Shown here: one piece after another, positions 37,511 to 50,800 of the stretch | How the letters are laid out: every line of letters begins with the position of its first letter | How positions within the stretch are numbered: the stretch's first letter is position 1 | Source: Marsupella aquatica | Taxonomy: Eukaryota > Plantae > Marchantiophyta | DNA length: 64,000 bases | Assembly: GCA_973895155.1 (NCBI GenBank) | Contig: OZ316894.1 | Span: forward strand, 9,647,440 to 9,711,439 | Direction of reading: 5' to 3' | Program-made: the position numbers and the translations under genes | Notes under the pieces: generated by a model | Seen by the model: only the letters and a program-made list of their open reading frames with translations | Database searches by the model: none | What the model was told of the DNA's origin: nothing

Positions 37511-38117
37511 TCCAAACAACCTCCAATCCGTCCTTCCAGAGACTCGGGCTGTCCGTCGGTCAGAACTACGAATCGTATTCACCTGATTCCCCAGCTCTTG
37601 GAGAAACTTACCCTCGCGTACTTCGTCATCATTCAATCCTGCTGATTCTGCAAGGTACAAGTTTGCGTTGCTTCTATAAATTACTACAGCTTCTACCTCT
37701 TCACCTCATCAGCTTTGGCAGCAATTTTCTTGCAAAAATTGGGTTCTACATGTCATATGACAGCTGCTTACACATTTTGTCCTACTTTTATACAGTACCT
37801 CATCAAATTGGATCCATGATCCGACCTTGTCCAGGTCAAGCCAACTCTATCAATATTTCAACAGGGGGATCTCAATGTCGCCCTGTTTGCGCCGGCGGAA
37901 GCACAATTATAGCTCCTGTCGTAGACCAAGCACGTCTAAAGCTAGGCAAAATTCATCGGAGCGACCGCATGATCGACCCTTCTGTCCGCCCTGTGCCTCC
38001 ATGTTTGTATGTTCATTGGATTCTTTTGAACTCAAACAAGCCCGCATATGGGTCTGCAATCCGAAGAATGGAATTGTCGAACTGCTTGAAATTCTCTTCA
38101 AGATGCTGACCAAGATA

Positions 38118-41100
38118 TCATGGGATAAAAGTTTTTGGTCCTTGTTGTCGAATGAGATCCTTGTTTAGAAATCGTCCCAGAAGTGCCTGCAATTGTTTTT
38201 GATCCAAAGGCTGGCATTTGAGGGGAACAAAAACCTAGATTAGAAAAACTTGTACCATGGATTTTCCTGCTACAGGAAGCAAATACTGTTGAAAGACAAG
38301 AAAAGGGAACATCGGGGCCTGAGAACCTCAGTATTACCTTGGACATGTAGTCATCCATGCCAGCCTTGAGGCATAGATCAAAAGTCCCAGTCATTGCATC
38401 AGCTGTGACGGCCACCACAGGTACTCTGTTGTGTGGACATTCCAGCAGGTCGTACTCTTGAGAATTTTGATCGCTATTCGATCGGAACGAGTCCGAGGTT
38501 GTAGGGATTGAAATGGACCAGCTACGTCTGCACTTCTGACAACTGTAGTACTCCCACTGCCTAATCCTTCGAGTGGCTTCATATCCATCCATCTGTATGC
38601 AAACAGGTTCTCAAATAGATATATCAGATATGTCTAATGACAATATCTACGTGATTGTGACCATACTTACAACGTCGCAACATTCCAACCAGAGAAGCTC
38701 TCCCGACCAAGCACCAAAGGGCATAGCGCAATTCCTCTAATCCATTGTAAAGGAGTCGGACGAACGACAAACCTTGGGCATCTGAATATCCATCAGTACT
38801 AAATCATATTGGACACCTTCAGCTTTGCTTTTCAAAGCAGTAATAGCTTCTTGTCCACCATTCACACAGTCCACACTTGCTCCATACCGAACCAACATGG
38901 CACGAGCCACTTTTCTATTCACCATATTATCATCAACCTGCAGCCAAAAGAGACCATGTTTAAAAACTAGTTTCAGACGAAACAGCAGTCTTGGTCATAA
39001 TTATTCGACATTTCAACACTTCCGAGGCAGGTCTACTCATCCAGTTTGGAAAAACACAATACGCTGCCGAACATTTCAATAAAAGTGGATATTTTAATGA
39101 TTTCTTGAAGCACTCTGACTAGCAAAGCCTCTGTTGGTTCGATAATTTCAAATGAACAGGTCATCGATTTGTGGAGCACGATCGATAAGAGCAGTACGGG
39201 AGACGAGGGACGAGAAAGGAGACGGGCATTCTCGTACATTCGGGCCCGGATATAGAGTTCAGAAAGGAGGATACGCCAAGCAGACACAATTCTCAGCATA
39301 AATCAATCCACATCTCTCAACAGCAAAATTTCCTCCTAAGAACAGCCTCTGTAGAGTGATTCATTCGGTTGCAGAACTTGTCGAGTGCCAGTGTTCGCAT
39401 TAATAAAAAACTCAATATGGAAGAAGATCGATACAATCACTTGTTGTGATAACTTCCGGTTCGAAAGGTTCACCAGTATCTTGACCACTTCAAGTTTGGC
39501 CTTCTAAGTCGTATCACCTTCAGCTGCTGATTATTGTCGAAGAGGAAGGCAAAAATCTATGCGAAATTATTTCACTACAGAAAATTAAAATTGAATTGGA
39601 AAGCAATACAGTTGTGTTGTGTACGTTTGTTTCAAGTTTGTTGTTTGTTCTAGAACACTGGATTTCACACGCAGTATCAGGGATCCCACACTGGCTATCC
39701 AGGGCTTTCACGAACCAATTTTCTTATTCCAAGCGGCTCTCCAACCGAGCTTAGAACCAGTGTGCTACAGCACTGCACTATCTCAAAAACTTCACAGCAC
39801 AATTCGAGACGAGACTTTCCAACCCTACAACAGATCAACAAGAACCACTCCCACCTAAAGCGCTAGTAACCCCGACCTGAATGCCTCTGAGACGATCATA
39901 ATCACTCCTAGGCTTCATTTATAGTTGTCGCTGTCAATACAAGCTGGTCGGGTACAGTACCATAAAGCATGATATTCTCAGAAGCTTTGTACTCGCACAG
40001 ATCAATGACCAAGAACGACACATACATACCCTACAGAAGTTTCTGTCCACCAAATCTACTGCAGACTTCAGGGCCCTAGGAGACAAGAAAATCTACCAGT
40101 GGTGGGTACATTACTGACACGTATCCTATCATTCTGCCTCTAATGTTCTTCATCCTCGTAATTGATACAACCCATAAGAACTATCTCTACTCACAGGAGC
40201 TCCTTGCCTATTTCCCTTTAACTTTGGCCGTGTTAGTTGACAAGAGTACTAGGTGGCCTGTGTCAGCCGCCTTGTGATGATTGGAGTAAGATGCAGAAAA
40301 ATACGAAGTACTGGTTCAAATGATAGGCCATCTGTCCTCAGTAGCCAGGGACCCAGAACTAGAACTGCAGAGGGAGGCTTACGAGTCCTGCGAACAGCAG
40401 ACTGAGATCAGGGCTTAGAACAATGGTAGTCCACCGTTTTACTATACATATACAATGGGCCTGCTATCCAAGGCATCCAATTTAGAGCCCCTCAAGAACA
40501 GTCTGTATTTCCAGCAGCTTTGATCTAATCATTTTTCCAGATAGGAAAATAGTGAGGGAAACTAATTGATTATAAGGCAAACTTGATTTTTAAGCACCTG
40601 AGAAAACCTAGGTTATGATCATTCATGAGGTACTTACGAAGTCACTGCATGGGTTATCAGAAAAAACAGTCTCCATAACATCATCACGCTCAATAAGCAT
40701 TGAGATTTCCAGTGTTGAAGACTCGGAGTCCCACTTTGCATCACTCTTGTCAGGATTAATCTTGTGGGGCAAAAATGCACCCAGTGCACTGTCAACACGG
40801 ATAAAATTATATTGAAAACTCCATCAAGTCTATCTTCACTACTAGGTTTCTAGCCCATACTCAAAGCACATTAGACCAAGCTCAAGGAGATCCATTGGGA
40901 GGGCAGCTTATAGTAATTTACTAAATAGGAGATGTAAGCTTCATATGCGTTGGCTTAAGGTCCAAATTGAGATCCCCCATGGCTTCTGTGTTGGGCAACC
41001 TCACTCGCATCACCAAATGCTCGCAAGAGAGAGACCCAGGATCCTTGTCAGACTGCAAATGAAAATACTCCCACTGAAGTCTTCAGTAGGTTCTAGGAAG

Positions 41101-44100
41101 AAAAATCAAAATCAAAATTTTCCAAGCAATCTATCGTAAAATGATGCTTTTCTGCAATCTACCGTGACTCGAGGAACAAGGTAAGGTGGTCCAACAGAGA
41201 GTTCAGATAGACATACATCCATGCTGGACATTATTGGTCAACTTGTCACTTTCAGGTAAGAAATCAGCTTACTCCCGTAGAGGTTGGGAGCATTAGGCAT
41301 TGGCCATGGTATATGACCCAAACTTCTCTCTTACCATCTGAAGATACACATCGTTTGTGGACACTGCTTGCTTGTAAACAAATTTGTATCTGCAACATTC
41401 AGTTGTACTTGAGATCAATTTACCCTCTGATTTCCTACTTAAAAATTACTCAAGGCTTAGAGCTCGAATTTTACACGACGGTTTTCACAAAAAAAATTGT
41501 GAAATTCAATGCTGTGGTTATCGGTTACCTCTAGAACTTAACTTAGTCAAGGGATGATGGCAGCAAAGGGGAGTTACTGTTGTGGATATCTGGTAAATAG
41601 ATTTTCCTTGCAGTTCATTACCTCTCATTGGTCATCGTGGATGGATTGCTATACTACATCGTTTTGATCAATCTCTAGTATTTGCCCATACTTATGAACC
41701 CAATGGGCACACTACATCAAATCCTATTCTCGAAACCTCTCCATGCACAAATTGATTTCCTTTCTATTTGTGACAATGGGGTGAGACGAGTTTTCATGGA
41801 TACAAACTCTGGTTTGTTTCGCCTGTCGGTCTTCAATCTCTCTAGCTCCCGAGCAATCTCTTGTTCGACCTTTCCTAAGGTCAACAAGAAACGGCACTAA
41901 TTGATAAATTGTGTCTACCAAGCTTATCTACACCACTATTTGTAATATTCAAGAGCTTGGGCGTTAACACTCTAGGAAAAATAATTAAGGTAACGCTATG
42001 TTGAGGGGCATGCACTTGGAGGTAGTTACGAGCTGCCTCTGCCTTCTTTGATTGCGCATTTGCAATGGCTTGCTGCCGCTTTGCTTCTTCTTGAGCTTCA
42101 TTTTCTTCCTGATTTAGGATCCCATTTGGTTTTTGTCAAGAAACACTCCATTGTGTTTGTTAAGAAAACCCTATTAAGCAGTCCAGAAATTGACGAGTCT
42201 TATAGCTATGCTACTAGACTGTTCATTTCCATAGCTTGAAAGAAGAATTGTCAACCATCTTGCTATCGTTCTTCCTTAATGGGAAAGGCTTTTCACTTGT
42301 AGTTTCGACGCATTGGTGAGCATGTCTGAGAGAGCCCTCACATCGCCCCATGGCATCATCCTTCCTTGGAGGACACCAACCTTTAGAGATAGCGACAGAA
42401 ATGTCAGAGAGAGAGAGAGAGGGAGAGTAAAACTACGCAGTGCGATCTTAGTACCAATCGAGACATGAAAATTGGAGCCCAATTCACCAGAAGAGCGGTT
42501 TCAGTGACTCAAATACGGTTTAAAGCAGAGCTACGAGTCCTATACCACCGGTTTTACCAATCATCCCTATCCAATACGTATGTCAAATCTCTGGTCCCTG
42601 AGTCCAGACAGTTAATCTACTTGTCATCAGAATTGACCAATCGTTCCCCTCAAACTGAATCATTAGGAGGCCAAGAGACAACAGATATCAACAACACAAG
42701 AATTGAGGAAATAATGTTGTCAAATGTACCATTAAGAATTTTGCAAAGAACAAACCCATCAAGAAATGTCATAAAAGCTGAACTTTTGCAAAACATTCAA
42801 TGTAAACACGAATATATCAAAAATTAAACAAGAGGGAAATTGGTCGCCCTAAAACAAGCTGAGGACAAGGAAAGGCACGCCATCGAAAGCAGGCAACAGT
42901 ATTAGCAAGTCATAAATGAGATGGGAATGTCAGCATGAAATTGCATAAGATTGGGTACAAATGCTCAATCCTGGCAACAAGAAACAACTGTACTAATAGA
43001 ATGCCACTGTACTTATAGGAATGTCACTGATTTCATTGGATGCTTTTTGGAGTTTGCAGAATATGAGAAACGGCAATGGTCAAGTTACATACCACAAGTA
43101 GCGTCTTTCCTTCAAGCATCTTTCCGTTGGTAGATACCGCCTTCGCTGGTGGTTTCAGCCCAATTCCAAATGCCATCAGCAGAGTAGTTGCTAAAGTCGT
43201 GGAGCGAATCGGCTTAAAGACAATTTGTGAACAGCCTGCCTGATGCAACTCTTTCTGCACCTCGGCACTTACTGATGCAGTCAAAACTAATATGGCCAAT
43301 TGATCGTGAGTAAACTCCTTCCTCGCTTCTATTACAAGCTGGACAGCCGAGCTGAATGCCATGCCTTGCAGATCCACCAGAACTGCCCTGAACGGAGTTT
43401 GTCTGGCCCTTCTGTGAATATGTCCAGATTAAATCAGTATGGTTATAGGAAATGACTTCCCAAACCAGTTCCCTACAATGAACGAGATCTGAAATCAACG
43501 CCGTGCGAAAACATACACTTCAATGCTCCAGAAAACAAGATTTCCAAGGAAAGAGATACGAGCCCCGAATTCGTTGGACTCACTCTTTTAATAGACATAG
43601 TCCAGACTGTTTGTCTTCACTAATTTCCACTACAGTACCAAATCTTCGAAGACATGCTGCAATAACTTCCTGCAAGCCAAAAATAGAACGACCGATTTTG
43701 AACGATTTTGACAAGCAGGATATTTACGACTACCAAAAGAGAGTTTCACAAAGAGAAAAAGTATTTACAGCGCATTTTCACACCCAATCAGAAACTGAAC
43801 CTCAAAACTGGTATACTATGTAAGGAGTCGCGTTGCACACATGTCTTTTCAGGCCACTAAGACTCCCAGAAAGGAATGCGAAAAAAAACTTCGGGGTTAG
43901 CTGCACTGTCCTTGCAGTAGACGACTGAGATAATGTAATTTTTCAACTAATCTCTTCAAGTTACCTGACGGACAGGATGCTCGTCAACAAGAAGGACCTT
44001 GAAATCCTTGAGTTTTTCCTCACCAAATCCTGTACCATGAGGCCTGGCAGTGCTGTCGTTGAACTTGACAGTTCTGTCCCCTGCCCTGCCAACCTTCGCC

Positions 44101-47100
44101 GTAAACTCGAACGTGCTTCCCGTCCCCACCTCACTCATAAACCTCAAACTTCCATGCATAAGCTCTATTAGCTTTTTAGAAATAGAAAGACCAATTCCAG
44201 TGCCCCCAAATTCTCTGATAGAACTGTTGTCGACCTGATTGAAAGGTTCGAACAACCGACTGTGGACATGTGTCGGTATCCCAAGACCTGTGTCCTCCAC
44301 TGAAATGGCCAATGTCAGCATTTGCCTCGTCTCGTCCTCCCCCGTCTCTTCTGTCAATGCAACTGGCTTTGTCAATATAAGTGAAGGTATTTGAGATGAT
44401 ATTATCAACAACTCTTCGTGACAAAGGATTCAATGAGAAATAATTAACAAAGAGAGGAATCTGCGACTATTTCAGTTGCCCACACCTATTGAATGGTATT
44501 GTGACTTCCAGTTTCTCCAGTCATTGACAGCTTCTTTTGTGTCCAGAAAGCCAGGCTTTAAGCTGAGCCTTGGAGGCGCTGGGTCAGTTGCTACCGAGTC
44601 TCTCCCTCTGAAGGAACCTCGCTTCCGAAGATTGTCCGCAGCTTGCAAACTCCAGCTTAGTTTGTGACCATTTGCAAGGCACGTGTCCGGGTTCTCAGCG
44701 ATTTTGTTTCTCGAGATTCGGACCCCTGGAGACCACGAACTCTCTCTTCCGGAATTGTTCCACTGGGGTTCGCCTAAAGACTCCCAACCGTCAACAGCAC
44801 GCACACACACTAAGACACTCCCTTGCTTTGTGAACTGCAAAATCACAGACGTTTTATCATTCAGATCACACGGTTGCGCCCAATCCAACGGATCTTTGCT
44901 GTAGTTGGCATATAAGTCTTACTTTGAAATTTTGATGGTTCAGTATTTGTTTGAAGTTTCGAATGTTGCTTATGCGAAGTTCAACAGTTCACACTGATGT
45001 CTGGCAATGCGGATATCGGCATCAGTTTGAGTCTTCCTGAGTTGGGATCAGTGTTCTACGCTTCTAGCTTTGAGATAAAACCATATCATCGATATGATTA
45101 GAAAAAACCTTAATAGCGTTGCCAACGAGATTGTTCAGAATTTGTCGAAGCCTGCCAGGATCTCCAATAACCAATTTCGGAACTGCATCATGAACAAGGG
45201 CACAGACTTCCAGCTGTGTCCGGTGCACAACATCTTCATACAAACAGAGAACGTCTTCCAGCTCCGAACGAAGATCAAACGGGACGAACTCCAGCTCCAT
45301 CTTTCCTGCCTCAATCTTTGACAAGTCGAGCACCTCATTAATTAAACTCACGAGAGTATTTCCACTGGCCTGGGCTATCTTCAAATATTCCAGCTGCCGC
45401 ACAGTCAATTCTGTTCCCATGAGAAGATTCGTCATGCCAATCACTCCATTCATGGGAGTTCTGCACAAGCACACACAAGTGGCAGCCATGTCTTGACTTA
45501 GTTATCAGACGCATGTCGAATCATGACTTGTGCTGAAGGGGGGATAGGGAACGAAGCCTAACTGTCAAACTGCAGGGGATCCTGGCCCAAACCCTGGCAG
45601 ACGAATAAAGTCCAATGGCACGTAATCCTTCCTCCATAGGATCCACAGTCTCACCTGATTTCATGCGAAACCGTGGCAAGAAATCGAGACTTGGCTTCGT
45701 CTGCGGACTCGGCGGTAACCTTTGCAGCACGAAGTTCAGAGTTCATCTTCTCCACTTGATAGACATGAGTAAACATACTCTGCATCGAAAATCCCAAGTG
45801 TGACGTTCAGTGCTCGAAGTTCACTCTGTTCTTGATGACAGAACATGATGTTTCACTGCCCTTCTCCTATCTGCAGGCAACTTCTTTCGCTTTGAAGAAG
45901 GGGGAACTTTTTAGTCTAGAAGGCCGATATTCATTCCCTCCTGTAAGACAAACGTGCACTCTCTAGTTGGTGTGCTTATCCTCGTCTATTCAATTCTACC
46001 TTTTGTTGTCTCTTCTGCAAATTAACATTTGAGAAACAAAGTCAAACAAGGGAAAACGAGAGAAAGGAGAATCAGTACCTGTATTCTCTTGCAAGTCAGG
46101 GAGACAATGACTAAGCAGAATACCACGACAATTATCATGAGCAGTGGCCAGGCCATGATGAGTATAATAGCTGAAATTTGCAAGTCCTTCTGTGAAAAAC
46201 ATTGGATCTCGAACGCTTGCTTCCCGTAATTCAAATTGACGACGGCGGTAGGCTTCACTCCCTTTCGTACTTTCCCCGACGGGTCGAAGATAGCCGGTCG
46301 ACAATTGTCAATTCCGCTGCAATTGTAGGTGCCAAGCACATAGTTGTCTGTGTTATCTGGTTGTGGAGGAAAATTTAGGAGTACCGTTAGTTATCATAAG
46401 GAAGTGACTAGCAGGTGAAACACTTTCCACTATAGCAGTTTTCATAACCATCGAAAAGTAAAAACCCACTCTTATCAGCAGAAATACGAGAGAATCATGC
46501 GAGGGTTTCATTGTTCAGTACTGCTGGGTATGTACACCACTCCGACGTTCATGCCGTCAGTGGCTTCGTAACGAAGCAATACATCAGTAAACATTTGGTC
46601 CAGTAGCAAATTCACTCCAATCCATCCAAGGCAAGAGTTCCGCCGCTGCTCAATCGTTGTGGGCACCACAGTTCCATAGTATGCTAGGTATATGCCCACA
46701 CTCCACATGCCTGCCATTTGAGGATGACTTAGTTTCAACAAAGCCTAAACATGAAGAGTGAGAATACATCAAAACCAACAGTCTGACCAGTCTAAGACTT
46801 ACGACAACTGTGAACTGTTAGCTTCTACACCACCAAACTACGTTCAAGGTACCCTACCTCCTCCTGAACATGGCTGATAACATGTTGCATAAGTGGGTTG
46901 TGACATTGCTGCGACGCCAGTATCTCTAGTTATCAATACCGGGTCCCTGACGGTAGGCCAATTGGTCAAGTCATAATACAATAGAGTCTGAATATCCGAT
47001 GATGCCAACAGTACAGGTGCATATTCTGAAGCGTGGTCACGGACACCAGGAGTGCCATTGGTATAATCATATTGCATGATGCTTTGATTTATGGATTTCT

Positions 47101-48425
47101 CAAAGGCGCGCCTTTCCGAATCCTGTAATCGCAACACAATCCCTCAGTTTTTTCATCACTTAGAAGCTGGAGCATCTCGAACATCACAAGTCTAAATCCT
47201 CAGCCATGGGAAGATATGACCAAAGTTGATACGATCCGTGCCTTTCGTTTACCATCTTACCGAAAACTTCTACAAGACATTTCTAGCAACGATGAACGAC
47301 GACTTCCAAAACAATTCGCAACCTTGCTTCAAAAGAAGCCGAATTGGAGCAGATTGGAGCAGATTCACTTGTAATCGTTGATATTCTAGATGGCTGACCC
47401 GAACAGGAACAAATTAAATATGCCTTATTCCCATTTACTTCATGCAGTCACCATACCCAAAAGGCGTCAAAATGTCTTGAGCAACAGAGATTGCCAAATG
47501 GCAAGCCAACTCCTTACCACAACACGCTGCAACCAAACAACCCGTGGCGAGTTGGGACGTAGTTGGGAAGTCGTGTTGGAAAAATAGAGAAATGCTGTTT
47601 CACTCGGTCGTTGAGCTTGTCCAATTAGCCCCAAAACCATGAATGACGTGTTGATATTGTTAATTAGCTCAGCACCGACAATCTGTGACCAAGGAGGAAC
47701 TGCTGTCAATGATCATGCCAAAGAGTAACATTACCATTAAAACAGGGTTTTGGACTACACAAATAAAACAACATTCACAAGGAATGATCCGACCAAATTC
47801 CACAAAAATATGTAGAAAGCGAGAGCCACGGCCAACGATGAACTTTTCATTCCTCATTGCAAGGATCGATGCGGAGTCAGGAGTCAGATCAATCCAACCC
47901 CACGTGCGTTCGTAGGTCGGACCGGTCTTCAGTCCGATTTCACCGCATGATCCCAATGAAGACACCTCTCGGCTACTACATTGAAGCACTTTAACAGACA
48001 TAAGACATGAGTAGACTGTGATTCCATGGATTTGCACAATAGGACACGGGCTGTTTTCCAAGTGATTGGAGTATTGGATTACTCAAGAGATTGCAACACG
48101 GACATGAGGGATTGAAGTAGGCGCTGCACTGACTGTAAGGAAGGCAAGGGAAGGGGAGCGAAAGTACCTCCTGTCGATTGGTACACTTGAGCCTGTACTC
48201 TTGCAACTGCGTGTGGAGTGCGTTGCTATACAAAGCTGCCCCAACCCCCAGAGTTGCTGCTAAACCTACGATTATGACGAGCAGCTGTATAATATATCCT
48301 CTATAGCGAGTCCGTCGAACTGTGTCCGCATCCCAGGTGGGTGTTGCCATTTTCCTATTGCAATACTTACTGAGCTGACAGCAAATGAAACGCCATGATA
48401 GTTTGAAACGGGATATGTGTCCCAT
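38118..48425 (-). CDS. CHK: CHASE-domain hybrid histidine kinase (non-classical cytokinin-receptor type): TM-CHASE-TM-HisKA-HATPase-pseudo-receiver-receiver. Exons 48425(or 48350)-48168, 47682-47518, 47122-~46855, ~46744/46710-~46520, ~46356-46079, 45779-45655, 45460-45109, 44834-44486, 44350-43965, 43669-43584, 43411-43093, 38937-38773, 38592-38338, 38210-38118
   Basis: EYAPVLL...RDTG CHASE segment; [20 protein letters not shown]-box; [34 protein letters not shown]; [24 protein letters not shown] and VAVTADA...MDDYMSKP receiver; phases consistent wherever boundaries were resolved. Confidence 0.93.
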
Positions 48426-50769
48426 GCCGTGCCGGACTTCACCTCTGGCTGCGAGGTCCCTATTCCAAGCTCTGGCGACAAATTCGACCCCACTTCATGA
48501 CAACGGAATCATCCAAACTTGAAGCTTCTGCCAATAACCAATTATTGAAAATACTCAATCCCAACTGATCCCAACTGCTATTTCCGTACATGCTGTCGTT
48601 GCTCTCCTTCCCTGGGACTATCTCCATCCAGGCATGTCCTTATTTCGCTCCGATCCACGGCTACCACACTACTTCGTTACAATCTAAAGAACGCATTCAG
48701 ACCTCGAGCCTTCTCCTCTTTATGTATTCCATATTAAATTGAAGTACTCATGCTCTCTCGCGGACCTGGCCGGCTCCATCCTCGATCTCCTTCCCAAATC
48801 CTGCACGCTTCCTCGTTTGCCTACCGTGTCATCCATGCAGCTCTCTCAACTGGCCCAAGCTTTCAGAAGTTCTGAATAACTACACTACTGCTATTCCTCT
48901 ACAATCATGCGACGACTTTCAGTTTCAAACCAGGAGACTAGTTGACATACGCCATTTAGCCTACCGTCCGATTCTTCTCAGCATCCTCTATTCATCTGGG
49001 TCCCTTCAGACTGTGGTTGAATGGCGAAGGGGACGTACCGCCCAATAACGGGTGATTCAACAAGACCTAGCTAATCCCGGAGACACCTCTCCAGAATCCC
49101 GTACATGCCTTCTACTATCCTTATCCGTCCGTGCAAGAACCGTGCAATTCCCGATTCACCTGGCCTGCTGGCCAGGACTGGTGAGCGTGCACTACAGTCA
49201 TACTGTCCTTCGTGCCACGACACAACTAATCCTTTGCGCAACATCTACGAGCTTTTCTTCAATGCGACGAGTAAATAAGTAAATTAGTTGCAAGCACAAC
49301 CTACTATTGCGGGTGCGGAAGGTAGAGGAAATTAGTCAGTCTGAGAAAATTAGTCAGTCTACTGTTGCTTCTGGACAACGACAGAAGGCAGCCGTGTGTG
49401 GCTGTACCCTCCCCAACTCCCTCCCCAAAAAATGGGTTTGATGAAGAATAATTGTGACCTACAGGATCAAACCCGCAAAGCTTTCAAAATCTGGGATGTC
49501 AGCGCATCTCCGCCGCGAATGCTCACCAGAATGTCGGGATAGGCATGCAGCCAGCTATTTTTGCTGTACAGCAGTGCAACACGAACTCCTGTCCAGAAGA
49601 AGAGCCAGACATGTGCTCGGCTCGGTTTATTTATTGAGAAAATGAGAAGAGACCAATTGTTCCCGTCTCATCCACAATGGTAAGTCAAGTCTCTCATCAT
49701 TTAGGGTGGTGGTCGGACTTGGAGGAAGGCGACAATTGAGGACCAACGGTGCTGCGTTCTTTTGAAGCTCGAGCCGAGAATAGAAGTCGAGCTGACCCAT
49801 CGATCTAAGGAAGGAAACGAACAAAAGCCTTCGAAATCAGACGCCTCTCTCTGACTCTCTTCCTGCCTTCAACGCCGGCGTCGCTTAAGGAGGTAGGATT
49901 TGGGGGAGGACGATCAATCTTTCAGAAATTCAGAACGGGGCCAACATACTAACATAGTTCATAGAGATGTTGAGGTATCTATAGTAAATCACATTTACTC
50001 CAGAGAGCTCAGATGCCGTCTGCTCCGCTCGCTCTGCGCTGTTTCTGCTGCGAGCAAGGAAATTCCTCGGAGCAGGAGGGGAGCTGCCTCAGCCTCACTG
50101 CCTGAAATCCTGAATGCAGCAGGGCCCGGCTCTACAGTCGATGTTGAAGTCCACGTTCCCCAGCGCGACCTCCTTCCAAGCAATTGGCCTCCCGACTTCT
50201 TCGCGTCCAGAGAGCTCGTGCTTCGATGTAGAATCCGGTCTACAGTGTAGAGAGCTCGTGCCTCTGATGTTGAATCCGGGAGCAGTGCTGCAATCAGCGG
50301 ACATGAAAGTATGAAACGGCGCAAACGTGATGAGTGCTCGCCATGCGCTACACAGAGCTCGTGTGTGTTGGAAGTTGGGAACAATGGTCTGGTGGGCCCT
50401 TTGCTTGCACCATGCTTCACTGTGGAGCAACGGGTGTCACCCTGTCACCTTACTTACTGTCAAGCCGTTGGCCCCTGGGTGTAATTAACAGGAAGTTCCG
50501 TAAAGCTTCAGTTTCTTACTATCCTCTCCTAGACCCCTCCTAGATCTGGTCCAAACTACTGTACCTACAGTAGTCGGGTCCAAATATACTCTCCTAAATA
50601 TGGAGTTGATTTCTCCTGAGTTGTGACCTGCTGGTTTGAATTTTGGTTAGAATTAGTTCGTGGTTTTCCCTACTTTCCCAGATAGCCATAGATCCCATTT
50701 ACTAGAGTCTGATGGTCTTCCATAAATCTAGGGAAATCTAATGGTCCCTTATTTATCTAAGAGAGAAGA

Positions 50770-50777
<8 letters not shown>

Positions 50778-50800
<23 letters not shown>
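50778..50800. repeat. (TA)n microsatellite after an A-run
   Basis: AAAAAAAAAATATATATATATATATATATATA. Confidence 0.85.

Noticed and set aside
37427-38113. ORFs downstream of the kinase as additional exons
   Set aside because: The kinase terminates at TGA 38120-38118 after the KP-LD receiver end; the downstream ORFs lack motifs
45720-46015. Apparent premature stop and broken acceptor in the CHASE kinase, suggesting a pseudogene
   Set aside because: A proper exon at 45779-45655 ([42 protein letters not shown]) with a CAG acceptor restores the frame; the stop-containing stretch is intronic
49900-50543. GC-richer region with several overlapping ORFs upstream of the kinase
   Set aside because: No recognisable domain or splice pattern; it has short internal repeats (GAGCTCGTG) and is probably 5' regulatory or UTR sequence
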